DNA of 33,090 nucleotides from Thraustochytrium aureum (Eukaryota): NCBI GenBank assembly GCA_012862495.1, contig BLSG01000377.1, positions 174,625 to 207,714 of the forward strand, read 5' to 3'. Shown piece by piece: positions 10,713 to 23,003 of this stretch (position 1 is its first letter; each line of letters starts with the position of its first letter). The notes under the pieces were generated by a model. It saw only the letters and a program-made list of their open reading frames with translations, ran no database searches and was not told where the DNA came from. The position numbers and the translations under genes were made by a program.

Positions 10713-11980
10713 TCAGAGTTTGGCCCTGAAGCCCGCCTTTTGGAGCTCCTTCTTGTTGAAGAACCGCTGCATGTGCAGCATGTTGACGTTGTAGAGCAGC
10801 GACTCTCCAAACGGCACATAGTGGTCGATAAAGCTCGTCACGCCCCCGAGGGCCCGCGTGAGCGCCAAGCCCCAGTACCAGTCGCCCTCGTCCTCGATCT
10901 GCATCCCCGAGCAGTACTCGTTCCCCGAGAGGTAGCGGCACATTTGGTGCAAGTAGCGCCGCGCTGTGGATTCTGGCACAATCCAAGTGTCTTCGTGCGC
11001 CTTTTGCGCCACACCGTTGAGGATATCCTTCGTCGCCGGGTTGATTGCCTCTGGCTTGCACTGGTGCTTCAGCGAAGCCATGAAAAACTCTTGCTGGTCA
11101 CGGAGGTTGTGCGGAAGAAGCGCATCCTCAATTCCCAGCAGATGCCCAGCATACCGCCACATGAGCATGAACGAGGCCATGTCCGCCTCGGTGAGCGAAA
11201 TGTTGAGGTGGTGCAGGGACCGCAAGTTGAGGTACCCGAAGAGGCCCAGTGTTATCGCAAGGTCCTGCTGGTTTACTGCACAGAACCAGAAAGGCCAAGC
11301 ACGAGCGAGCGAGGGGTCAGCAATACAAGCGCGGCCAAAGCCAGACCGCTACGCGCGCCACAGCCAGAGCAAAAACCTACTCGGGACCTCAACGGGGTGG
11401 TCGAACTTGCCGCTGCTAACAAGGTGGTGCCGCAGCGCGGCGTGCAGCAGCCGCACGCGCACGAGGGTCTCGTGCGACTCGCCGCCGGGCTGCAGCCCGC
11501 CAGGGAGGACCATCTTCCCAATCAAGAACGCCGTCTCTTCGACGCGACGCGTGCTGCCGCCTCCGCTGAGCTGCCCGCTCAAGCTCGTCACAACGGCGGC
11601 CTTCTGAAACATCGAGCCCCCGACGAGCGAGCCCGCGAAAAGCGAGAGACCCATAAACGGCGCGTACACGGCAATCAAGCGTCGCCCGCGCTCGATCTTT
11701 GCAAAGTCCATCCACTCCGGGACGCTCCACGCCCGCTGCAAAAACGCCTCAAACTCGGGCACCTGGCCGCGCTGCTCCTTGACAACGTTGAGCAGGTCGA
11801 AGATATTCCCCAGGCGTCCGTGCAGCTGCACCAGCTTCGCCACGCACGCATCTGCTTCCGGGTCGCCTCGCGTCCGCCAGGCCTCGAGCTCAGTCTCCGA
11901 GAACCTCTCCGTGAACTCGAGCTCGTCCCTGCGCGGCATTCTGCGAAGTCCATAACGCGCTCGACGCCGTCGCGCACCAT
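10713..11980 (-). CDS. ER-bound oxygenase MpaB / latex-clearing protein (rubber oxygenase)-like heme protein, two exons
   Basis: Motifs GDPEADA, PEWMDFAKIERGRRL, RRVEET and VRLLHAALRHHL. Splicing 11380-11276 restores EVPINQQDLAITLGLF, followed by WRYAGHLLGI. Start is ATG 11939, or ATG 11980 if one A is missing at GAATG. Confidence 0.85.
11276..11380 (-). other. Spliceosomal GT-AG intron, 105 nt
   Basis: Minus strand ...GTC CCG A|GTAGGTTTTT...TCTGTGCAG|TA AAC CAG CAG GAC. Splicing restores the conserved PINQQDL motif. Confidence 0.85.
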
Positions 11981-12020
11981 TCTCACGTCAACGAGTAGCC
12001 CAGCGAGCCTGGCCCGCGAA

Positions 12021-12055
12021 CCAATCAGCCAATCTTGGCAGAAATAAACCAATCA
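12021..12055. promoter_or_regulatory. Cluster of three CCAAT boxes upstream of the oxygenase gene
   Basis: CCAATC at 12021, 12029 and 12049 (two as AACCAATCAG), 40-75 nt upstream of ATG 11980. Function is inferred from the NF-Y consensus. Confidence 0.45.
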
Positions 12056-12704
12056 GCGCGTGCGAAAACAAAGGCTCCGCGGCCGGCTCGCGAGGCACGC
12101 AACAGACCACTTCCCAACGCGAAGGGTGGATGGCGGTCTGCACCGCGCTCGCCGCCGCGATTCTCGTCATCCGCAAGTCCCAAGTGTCGGACATCCAATC
12201 CTCCTTAATCAAACCAAACTCCTTAACGTGCAAGTACCTACGAGCTCAGAGAGTTTTCGGCGTCGGCGTACTTGCACAAGACGGAGGACTCGGCGGTGAG
12301 TCGGTGCTTAGTCAGTGAGCAGAGAGTACTCGAGTGGGTTTGCTCGAGTACGGGTCCGGTGTCCAGTCTCCAAGTGAAGGACTCACCGTGTAAACATGTC
12401 ACAAAACCCGACAGGAATGGAGGCCGCAGCGTTGCTTGTATTCCAGTACATCAGGTATACCATGCACTGCCCCCACGAAGAGCAAGGCGATGGTAAAAGG
12501 TGGGCCAAAGAGGCCACCGGGACAATTGCAATGGACGATCGATCGATCGACCTCTGAGACGCACTTGCCAGCCCTACCGGTTCCGCTCCGGACGTGGGCA
12601 GTGTTGGCAGGCGCGATGACCCTGTCGCTCGCCAAGACAGAAGCTATTTGTAAGATAATTCTGGTTAGACCCTGCGATCATCGATGATTGAAAGAAAATT
12701 CAGG

Positions 12705-15700
12705 CTAGACAGTAGCAATTTCGGAAGCGGCATCCTTTTTGCCAGCGTCTTCAGCCGCGTTGCGGCGCCGCTTAAGGACAACAACGGCGACAACAGCCGC
12801 GACGAGGACGACCACAGCGGAAACCGCGATCCCAGCGACCCCACCAACAGAGATGCCGCTTGCATCGCCAACTTCCGCCCCGTCACCACCAGCGCCAGCG
12901 CCACCTCCACTATCACCGGCCCCATCACTGTCAACATCACCACCTAAGGAGAAGCCTAGCTTGTCCGGAACCTGGCAGCTTGGCTTGACGTTGTTGGCGG
13001 CGACCTTGACGTACAGAGCGAGCTGGAGGTAGGCCGAGTCAGGGAGCGATTTGATCACCTCGGCGTATGGGCCGAGTTTGATGTCGTACTTGGCCAGAAG
13101 AGGTGTCGGGTCTAGCTCGACGCGGGGCTTCTTGATGCAGAGCTGTAGCTTGCTTGGGAGCCGCGTACCCAGGGACTCATCCTCAGTTGCGGCAGCGCAA
13201 GACAGCGGCGTTACTATCGTCCCTTGACCAGCCGGAGTTTGCACATCAGCGATGCGGAACAAATGTCGCCGGCCCTGCTCGTCGTATTTTATGAATGGGC
13301 CATGCGGCTGAATGTTGATGGGAACAAACTTTGGCGAGTCTCCAAGCCACTCATTCAGAATGACTGGCTTACCTTCGTCGGCCAGGTCCTCAAGCACAGC
13401 AGTGAACGCAAGGACTTCGGCTTGAGTGCCGCACTCAGTTCCAATGCGGCCCGTCATGTCAAGGGTCACGACTGTTTCGGATGAGAGCGACTCGTTGACA
13501 GCCATCGCGGCGACTTCGAGCGCAGAGAGTACTGGAAACCGAATCCACCCGTCGCCGGGGACGGGGGCGTTCCTAATCGTCCTCGAGATGCCCTTGTTGA
13601 CTTCAGAAATGTAGTCTTTGAGGCCATCCTTCGGATCGGACGCGGAGAAAACGTTGGCCAGGTTTGTGTTGCACGCGGCAGGAAACTCGAGGGCTCGGTA
13701 CCAGGCTTGCGTGCACGCGGCCTGCACTACACCGCCTTCCGAAACGAGATCTTCCATGCGCTCGGCCACCGCTGCGCCATTGGGAACGGCGAGCTCTGGA
13801 ACAGCAAGCTGGAGCTGGTCAATGACGTCCTTGAAGTCGAAAAAGAAATCGCTCATGGCGCCCTGGGCAGCATCAGCTGCAGTGTTGATCCGGTTTGAGG
13901 CGTCCTCCCAGCGCGCCTTGCTCTCGTCATTGATGATGGACTCCAGACGGGCCAGTCGCAGATCGCGCGCAGTCTGCACAAGCTCGACCATGCTGTCANN
14001 NNNNNNNNNNNNNNNNNNNNNNNNNNNNNNNNNNNNNNNNNNNNNNNNNNNNNNNNNNNNNNNNNNNNNNNNNNNNNNNNNNNNNNNNNNNNNNNNNNNN
14101 NNNNNNNNNNNNNNNNNNNNNNNNNNNNNNNNNNNNNNNNNNNNNNNNNNNNNNNNNNNNNNNNNNNNNNNNNNNNNNNNNNNNNNNNNNNNNNNNNNNN
14201 NNNNNNNNNNNNNNNNNNNNNNNNNNNNNNNNNNNNNNNNNNNNNNNNNNNNNNNNNNNNAACAAGGTACTCCTCCATCTCGGCAAGGCCGCGCTGTGCA
14301 AGCGGAACGACCTGGTCGCAACCCTCCTTCTCGTTGAGAGCACGCTGGAGCTGCGCGCCAGTTCGGGGCGCAATCGAGCTGCTCTGTGTTGTGGCGCGTA
14401 GCTGCATCATTGACGCAGGCGGGAGGGGCGCAAAAGCAGCGCCGCCACCCTTGATCAAAAGCCGGCGCCCGGACACCGCATCAGTAAAGTCGGCATACAT
14501 CTCCGAGGTCTTGAAAAAGTAGACCACGCGGGTCTGGACGTCGCGCCAAAGCGAGCGCGAGGTCGACTCGATTATGGAAATGCCTGCGGGCGGCTCCTCG
14601 GACGTCATGACGTCATAGACCTCGAGCAGGAGGAGCGCCGAGTTTTCGGCGAGCTCTGTCACTGCAGCGGCGACGTCCGTGAAGGTGTCATCAGCGGCCG
14701 CGAGGCCAGCGTTTGCCTCATCCTCGATTCCCTTGCGCTGGGCGGCCTCGTCGACAAGCGCGTAGATGCCGCCCAGCATCTGGGCGGCGCCGTCCATTCC
14801 CGGCACGCCAAGTGAGCCGAGCGTTCCGAGGTTGCCTTGCACAAAGGTGACCCAGCCCTTGACGTCTTGAAGCTTCGGATTGTTGAAAAACTCGACGCCG
14901 TTCGCGATGCCATCTCGGATGATGCCGACCTGCTCGTCGCTCAGGTCGGGCACGTCATCGCCAAAGTCTTCCAGGAGATCGTCAAACGAGTAGTCATCCT
15001 TCTCGTCGTCTTTGTCGTCTCTGTTGCTCCTGCTTCGTCTGTTGCCCCTGCGCGGCTTGCGCTTGAACTTGTTTTTGAGGAGTCTCTTTGCGTTGGCCAC
15101 GTGCGTGCCCAACTTTGCGGGTGCACCCACGACAGCCTTTTTGAGCGACGACGCGCCCCCGGAAAGCACAAAGGCGCCTATCTCGCCTATCATGGAGCAG
15201 GCACCGACGATGACGTCAAACACCGCAGTGACGCGGTTGCGTGCAAGTTGCGCAAGCGCCTCCTTCTTGCGGCACTCGTAAAACTCGCCAGTTGTGACGT
15301 TGAGTCGGCCCGAGTTTTCCACGAGCTCGTCGTATAGTTCGGCAAAGCTCGCATTGTCCGAGAGGATGCGCACAAATACAGCGTCGAGCTTGTCTTCGCC
15401 GTCAGCGACCTGCTGGTCGGCCACCTCCTTTCGACCGTCGGCGTCTTCAGCAAGACCCATTGCAAGACTGGAAAAACCGAGGGCCTGCGTTTTGCTCACC
15501 TCGGCGTTGACATTCGTAACGAGTTGCCCGAGCGCCAAAAGGCTACCGCTGATCTGCGTGCGCAGAGAAGCCCACGAGTTATACACAGCTTGGCTGAGAT
15601 CCCCAAAGCTCGCATCGAGGTTTTCGTGAAGCTCGCGGAAGCCCAAGTTTGTCTGGATGTGCGCCAGGTTGCCAGGGCAGCCGTCGAAGCGGCATACGCT

Positions 15701-18700
15701 GGAAATATTGCTGATGCTTTGCAAGTTTTCAGCGTTCGCCAAAGACACGTCGCGAGCGAATATGTCAAGCGCGCGGCTTAGCCCCAGCGCCACCTGGAGG
15801 TACAAGCTTGGCTTGCCTTCCAGGATCGCAAAACCAGCGCGGTGGCCGGCCATTGCCACATCTCGCACAGCATGCAGCGCACGGTAAGTGGCGCGAATGT
15901 CAAGCTCGGTCCACGCGTTGACCAACACAGCATCACGTGCGGAGACGAGGAGTGCCAGCGCCAATGGAGTGCCAGCGACGTCCTCGACCACCGAGCAGTA
16001 GGCGATAGCCGCCACGGTGGTGGCCCAGGAAGCGCGAGGAAAAGCGATGCAATTCGCCGTGGGGTCGTCGCGCATCGTCCCGGGCGGGCAGTCCACGCTC
16101 GCTGCAGCGCGGACGCAGATATTGAACAGCTCCGAGGGCTCAAAGGCGCGCATGTAGCCGTCCACGTCCGCGGCGTGGAGCGGGCCCAGTCCAGGGTCGA
16201 ACCTGACGTCCATCAACAGCTGCGGCTCCGGCGGGAGAATGAACGATCGAGCCGCTTTTGACCCTTCGCACGGCTGCATCTCCAGGTCGACCAGAAATGT
16301 TTCCTTCGTGCCGACAAACATTCGCTTGACGAAGTAGTCGTCGACCAAAACGCTGACTTCTTCGCCGCCAAAACCTTTTCGCCAAAAAACTTGGAGGGAT
16401 TTGATGGGGTCAGCTCTGTCGCGCACGTACTGCAGCTCCAGCCACGGGCTTGTCTCTCCAGCTTGCGCTTCTGTGCACAAGTTTGAGTCCCCATCGATCG
16501 CGATCGAGGCCTGCTTGCCGNNNNNNNNNNNNNNNNNNNNNNNNNNNNNNNNNNNNNNNNNNNNNNNNNNNNNNNNNNNNNNNNNNNNNNNNNNNNNNNN
16601 NNNNNNNNNNNNNNNNNNNNNNNNNNNNNNNNNNNNNNNNNNNNNNNNNNNNNNNNNNNNNNNNNNNNNNNNNNNNNNNNNNNNNNNNNNNNNNNNNNNN
16701 NNNNNNNNNNNNNNNNNNNNNNNNNNNNNNNNNNNNNNNNNNNNNNNNNNNNNNNNNNNNNCGCTCTTTGTTGGTCGCAGGGGTTAAAGTGCGAAGACCG
16801 TCCAAGCTAGCGCGCATTTCGCCCAGCTCAGCTGCGAAGATACGCTCGGCCAAGCGATTGCGCTGCCCTGCGCGCATGTCGTCCAGGAGCTCCTCCGTGC
16901 ACTCGGCAAGGATCTCTAAAGCCTCGTCCAGCTCGTCCTCCGCTATGTCGCGGAGTGCGGTTGTCACAAAGCTGTGCATTGCAGGGACGCTTGGTTCGGT
17001 GACACAGCGGCTGCTGGCGGCGTTCCAGATAAGGGCAAGTCCCTCAGTACCCAGAGGAGCACAAGTAGAGAAAGGCCCAAGTGGCGACTGACCAGCCGGG
17101 CACTTGCTGCAGGTTGTGCCATTTGTGCCATGCCGAGTTGTCCCGATCGGGCAAGTCCTGCACCTGATATCGAACCCGTGAAAGCCTTCGCATGCGGAAC
17201 AGGAGCTCTCGCTCGCCCATCCACCCTTCTGACCCCAGACGCTGCCTGCAGATTCTGACAGCTGCGCGTGCAACCGGTACACGCGGACGTATTTGTTGGG
17301 CGATCCGACCGCGACCGTTAAGCCGTCCGCTGACAGCGAAACTGACCAGCCCAAGTTGTCATTAGCCGCTTCGCCATGAATGTCAGAGCCCAGCTGGGTC
17401 CACGTGTTGTCGTCAAAGTGATACACGCGGGCTTGACCTGCGTGATTTGCTGCCTCAGAGTTATGTATTGCTCCGATCGCGACCGTGTTGCCGTTGTCCG
17501 ACAGCGAAACCGACCAGCCCGAATAATCATAATCGTTTTTGCCGTCAATGTCAGAACCCAGTTGGCTCCAAGCATTGCTCTCGAAGCGATAAACGCGAAC
17601 ATGGCCAGAATGCACACCTCCTGCACCACTGTTGTAAGGCGCTCCGATCGCGACCGTTAAGCCGTCCGCCGACAGCGAAATCGAGCTCCCCGCCGCGTCT
17701 GGACGCTTCGCCAACAATGTCAGAACCCCGTTGCATCCAATCGTTAGCGTCGACGTCAAAGCGATGCACACGGACGGAACCCGGACTGTCGTTTCGGTTG
17801 CCAGGTACTTCGACCGCGACCGTGCGACCGTCTTTCGATAGCGAAATCGATTGGCCGCGTACCAGAGGACTAAACACAATCATTCTGGAACCCAGTTGCA
17901 TCCACGCGTTATCCTTGAAAGCATAAACCACAAAATTAGACTGAGAGCTCCCCCATCTGATCGCGAGGATGCGGCCGTCCATCGACAGCGAAACCGTACC
18001 CGCATAATTCAAATACATAGTGATGTCAGAGCCAACTTGACGCCAAGCGTTCCTGTCGAAGCGAAACACGCGGACAAAGAGGGTGGTGTAAGTTACCGTG
18101 TGTCTGCCGGAGATCGCGAGTGTTTGGCCGTCTGCCGATAGCGACACCGACGTACCAAGGGAATCCTCACCCGCTTTGCCGACAATGCCAGAACCCAGTT
18201 GCCTCCAGCCGGTGTCGCCCAAGCGATACACGCGAAGCCCGATCGCGACCGTAAGACCGTCCGCAGACAGCGATACCGATTTGCCGAACCGCTCGCCAGC
18301 GGCTAAACCGACAATGCTGGACCCCAGTTTCACTGGCGGGCAGCTGCTGAAGGCATGAGCTCGTCGCCCAGAGAAGGTCCCTGGGGGCGCAACAGTCGAG
18401 GTCGATGATCCTGTCTCTGGCACAAACGCCCCAGGAAGCGCGGATTTGCAATCGGCCTGGCCTTGCTCATCCTGGAAAGTGCCACGTTCACACGGGGACT
18501 TGAGGTTGTCTTTGCAGGACGTCCCCATCGGGCAGATTGTCTGCACAACACTTGTCACTGGCACAAAGGCTCCAGGAACCGCGATTTTGCAATCGCCCTT
18601 GAAGCGCTCGTTCTGAAAAGCACGACGTTGACATGGAGACTCTGGAGACGAACCCGGTGGGCAGAACGATTGCACAACGCTGGTCGAGGTTGAGCTCAGC

Positions 18701-20025
18701 GCACACGTGTAGCCTAACGGACAAGGGCAGAGCCGAGTGCCGGCAAATTGTTCTGAAAGGTCAAACACGCGGACGTGGCCCGCACCGTCACCAGCTCCAT
18801 CGTTGGCGGACGCTCCGATCGCGAGCGTGCTGCCGTCTGCCGACAACGAGACCGGAAGCCGACCACTGCCGTCACCAGCTGCTTCGCCGTCAATGTCAAA
18901 ACCCAGTTGCGTCCAAGTGCTGTCGGCAAAGCGATACACGCGGACGTGGCCCGCTTTGCTGCTTGCTCCATCATTTCCTGGCGCCCCAATCGAGACCGTG
19001 CTGCCGTCCGCCGATAACGAAACCGACACGCCTGACGCGTCTCGAGCTGCTTCGCCGTCAATGTCAACACCCAGTTGCGTCCAAGTGCTGTCGGCAAAGC
19101 GGTACACGCGGACATGGCCCGCATAACGGCCTGCTCCGTTGTTGCTAGGCGCTCCAATCGCGACCGTGCGGCCGTCCGCCGATAGCGAGACCGAGGTGCC
19201 CGACCGGTCACCAGCCGCTTCGCCGTCAATGTCAGAACCCAGTTGCGTCCAAGCGCTGCCGTCAAAGCGGTGCACGTGAACGTGGCCCGCATTTGAACCT
19301 GCCCCGCTGTTTTGGTTCGCCCCGATCGCGAGCGTGCGGCCGTCCGCCGACAGCGAAACTGCTCGCCCCGAGCTGTCAAAATCTCCGCCATACAAGTTAG
19401 GACCAAGTTGCGTCCAAGCGTTCTCGTCAAAGCGAAAAACGCGGACGAGATACGATCCTCCGGTCGCCACAGTGCGACCGTCCGCCGAAAGGGACACCGT
19501 TCTGCCCAGCTCTTCCTCGCCATATGCGTTATGATATCCGCCGTCAATGTCAAGCCCCAGTTGCGTCCAAGCGCTGTCGGCAAAGCGGTACACGCGGACG
19601 TGGCCCGCATAACGGCCTGATTCGTAGTTGCGAGGCGCTCCAATCGCGACCGTGCTGCCGTCCGCCGATAGTGAGACCGAGGTGCCCGACAGGTCACGAG
19701 CCGCTTCGCCGTCAATTTTAGACCCCAGTTGCGTCCAAGAGTTGTTGTCAAAGCGGTAAATGCGGACGACGCCCGCATCTGTGCCTGATCCATCGTTTCC
19801 AGGCGCCCCGATCGCGAGAGTGCGGCCGTCTGCCGATAGTGAAACCGAGGTGCCCGAAAAGTCTCTATCCGCTTCACCATCAATGTCAGAACCCATCTTC
19901 ACCGGAGGAAAGATGGGGCAAGAATCGCAACCTGTCTGGGCGCGGGTCCTCTCGAGTTCGCGAGCCCCTGCGACACTGAGCAACAGGAGCACGAATAGAG
20001 TCGCGAAGCATAGGAGCCGCTGCAT
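12705..20025 (-). CDS. Giant type I surface protein: signal peptide, two 7-bladed FG-GAP propellers, Cys-rich repeats, F5/8C-like domain, helical region with hydrophobic hairpin, beta domain and TM helix (two gaps, frameshift at ~17700)
   Basis: Signal MQRLLCFATLFVLLLLSVAGA at 20025. Fourteen GSDIDGE...SVSLSADGxTVAIGAP repeats. CPxG/CERGTFQDEQGQADCK ephrin-receptor-like repeats. GKQASIAIDGDSNLCTEAQAGETSPWLEL at ~16430-16520. TM GVAGIAVSAVVVLVAAVVAVVVL then KRRR, stop at 12705. Four same-strand ORFs abut the frameshift and gaps, with a signal peptide only in the first and a TM only in the last. Joining across the gaps is inferred. Confidence 0.65.
13999..14260. other. Assembly gap (N run) inside the giant gene
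   Basis: Run of n. Confidence 0.99.
16521..16761. other. Assembly gap (N run) inside the giant gene
   Basis: Run of n. Confidence 0.99.
17270..18330 (-). repeat. Second FG-GAP-like propeller, seven more divergent coding repeats
   Basis: Seven units of the form W.Q(L/V/R)GS.I.G...S(V/I)SLS.DG.T(V/L)A(I/V), spanning the ~17700 frameshift. Confidence 0.8.
18760..19900 (-). repeat. First FG-GAP-like propeller, seven coding repeats of up to ~180 nt, similar at DNA level
   Basis: Recurrent ccagttgcgtccaag and gcttcgccgtcaatgtca blocks; protein repeat WTQLGxDIDGEAAxDxSGxSVSLSADGxTxAIGA. Confidence 0.9.
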
Positions 20026-20510
20026 GTTGCTCTCGGCCAATCGATGGGTCGTGCCGTGCCGCGGTTGTCTGCCTTTGTTGCAGCTCCCACAAGTCGACTC
20101 GCGCGGAGGATCTGACTGAGGCGAAGGCGCGGCGCTGTTGAGAGCGGGCACGCGTCTTTCGGATGCTGTTGTTTCCTCGACGCCTTTGCTCTCGTCTGTT
20201 GCCGAGCTTTGCTCTCGAGATCTGGCTGTCGTGCTTGACTTGCCGTTGCCGATGCGGGTCTGCTGGGGCTGTCACCGGGCGCCTGGACAGACTCACCACC
20301 ACCACAACAGCGCGTGCTTCTTTCGGCAAGCAGATTTACTAGTAGTAAGGCGTTTTGGGCAATAAGGGGCATCAAAGAGCCTCCCTGCTCCTCCCTGCTC
20401 TCCTGCCTGTTCCCCGATCATGATGACTCTGGCTCTCGCGGAGCGCGCAAACAAGCAGAGAGCAAGGCTGCCGTGGGAAGCCTCTCCCTGAGGACACGGA
20501 GCTGACGACG

Positions 20511-22318
20511 ATGAGCAGCCTCGTCGGTGGGTACGTAGGTGGGAGAGTACTCTGCTAGCTCTAGTAGAGAGTACTTGACGGTGGGTGCGCCCCTCCCCTA
20601 CCTATACTTACTAGTACACACGAAGTCGTGGTTGTGGTTGTGGAGACCCCTGGGAAGCACAATACGAGAGAAGCAGGACATCGCGGTGGTAGTACACGGC
20701 AATAAGCATGCAGTTTTATCCCGACAATACGAGGCCGAGGGAAGCTGCACCCCACGGGACGGCATTACATGCGAGAACCACGTGGCCTGTGCCCGCTCTC
20801 AGTGTGGCTCTTTCACTGCACGTGGGCGACTCCGTGGACTCTGAGGCGAAATTCACAGCGCTTTTTGGCCATAGCCGCGCAAGTAAGCCAGCGGGCTGTT
20901 TGATTGAGCAACGTGTTTTTTGCTTTCCTCTTCAAACCCCCGTTGAAAGAGCCAAACTGACGAAAGTCGAGTTTGACTGCCAGAACTTCTCTCCGTTTGT
21001 CCAGGGGGGTGTGGCATGGAGCACGTCTATAGATTATCACGTAGATTTACTGCTTGAAGAGGCCAAAATGTTCCCCACCGCCATGCACTATCCGACTTGC
21101 ACACTGTGACTCTGACTTTGTCGCGGGACTTCAAGTTTGTTGCGTTTTTCGCCTGTGACAGGGCTCATCAGGGAAAATGCGCGATGCCAACAACTTGCCC
21201 TCCGGAGCCTCCAGAGGTAGTACCCTCTCCGATATCCGGAGCTCCTGACGTCCGTCAACATACCAAGCCAGAACCTCACATCTTCACAGGCGAAAGTCGC
21301 AGTCGCGCGACAAATGGGGAAAATTGCGACCTCAAAAGCCTTCGGGAGGAAGCGCCACCGCAGCCCACAGCTTCATCCGCTTCATCTCTGTCGGCCCCCG
21401 TCGCCTCCTCGTGGTCTGCCGGCTTCCTTCGCGTCCTCTGCCGCAGCCATTTGCGCCTCCGCACCCTCAGGCTTAGGTCTGGCCCTGGTCGCTTTGTCAC
21501 TGGAGCTCAAGAGTGTGAGCAAAACAAAACGTGGAGCCTCCCAGCAACTCAGAGTTCTGTTGGGAGCGGTCTCTGAACGGGTTTGGTCCGCGATCTCTCG
21601 CGGCTCGGTTGCCCTGTGCATCCGAAATTCCGAGTTCGAATCAACTCCTTCGCCTCGTTTTTGTTTTCATGAACAGCATAAAGCGAGCGCGAGCAGTGTC
21701 GAGCAACACGAATCCGGCAGTGCCGACGCGGCGTTCGGCTGCTTGGGGAACATTGCGCGGCGGCTTGGAAGCACGGCCCCTATGTATCCAAAACCGCGTT
21801 GATGGAGTACCTACCGCTCCTGGTCTGTCGGTAGTTGAGAGCCCCTGCGCCCTGCACCACGTCCAACGCAGTTGATGCCTCTTGCATTCCGCTTGTCGAA
21901 AGCAAGTCTCCTCCGGCCCGAGCTTTTCCGAATGCTTTCCCTGTTGTTGCGAGAGTCCGGCACGGTGCCCTTCGCTACGCAACTGCTTATGATGATCCAT
22001 GAACGGAAAAGACGCTTGGGATTCGGCTGCCTCCTTTGGCAGTCTGACTCAGGAGACGGGGGCGTCTCTGCGCCAGAAGGACGGAGGCCGTGTGCCAAAG
22101 CGCCCCCAGCCCAGCCCCGTAGGAACCGGACTGACAACCAAAAGCCTGATGAAGCGGTCGAAGCGCGTGACGAACAATGGCCTAGCGATATCGACCACCC
22201 GCGGATCGAAATCGCTGCACAAAGCAACCTCTTGGCGGAGCAGCTGGAGATAACCAGACGGAGCCTGCGTGCCCCGGTCACCACGTGGCCTCGCTCTTGC
22301 CGGAGAGCGACACGCTAG
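20511..22318 (+). CDS. Possible fragmented hypothetical gene; structure unresolved
   Basis: Successive + strand ORFs (20539, 20708, 21097, 21314, 21872) with protein-like stretches such as KLTKVEFDCQNFSPFVQGGVAWSTSI. Candidate ATG 20511 and candidate intron gtacgtag...ttactag. No family recognised. Confidence 0.3.
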
Positions 22319-22644
22319 CTTCATGTTTTTGATATCGTTTTGTTTTGTTTTCAGCGTCGCGAACCTCCGCGGCGCGCCAACCTGCCCCACGCGGGTAAGC
22401 TGAGGCAGGAAGTGAATAGCAGAAACGGCATCCTGCGCTCCATCGATCAGTCTGTTCCGTCACAGCAGCGGTCGGAGTCGCACGCCGAGTCCAACGACAT
22501 GGGACACGTTACTTCGTAGGGTCAAGCGGCGGCGCCACTTGCTCGTGAATACTTCTTCGTTCCCTTACAATTAACGAGTGGACGCAAAGTTGAACCTAAA
22601 CAGGCCTTTGGGTGTCGCGCGTGGTTTAAATATGCGCCAAAGCA

Positions 22645-22847
22645 NNNNNNNNNNNNNNNNNNNNNNNNNNNNNNNNNNNNNNNNNNNNNNNNNNNNNNNN
22701 NNNNNNNNNNNNNNNNNNNNNNNNNNNNNNNNNNNNNNNNNNNNNNNNNNNNNNNNNNNNNNNNNNNNNNNNNNNNNNNNNNNNNNNNNNNNNNNNNNNN
22801 NNNNNNNNNNNNNNNNNNNNNNNNNNNNNNNNNNNNNNNNNNNNNNN
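22645..22847. other. Assembly gap (N run)
   Basis: Run of n. Confidence 0.99.
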
Positions 22848-23003
22848 GTCTTCGGAGCAGTGCTGGATGCGGCGGATGCGCTGAGCAGCTCGGTCGTTGC
22901 GCGCGTTGGCGAGCGGCGCGCAGAGCGTCGTTTGATAAATCGCTGCGATAGATCGCTGCGTGGGCCAGGCCTTCTGGTCTGCTGCTCGAGGCCATGGCGT
23001 GCA

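Noticed and set aside
18760..19900. Tandem repeats as a non-coding array or mobile element
   Set aside because: They are in-frame FG-GAP coding blades of the giant gene.
12705..20025. Calling the giant protein an integrin alpha
   Set aside because: It has FG-GAP-like blades but no recognisable thigh/calf domains or GFFKR tail, and carries unrelated modules.
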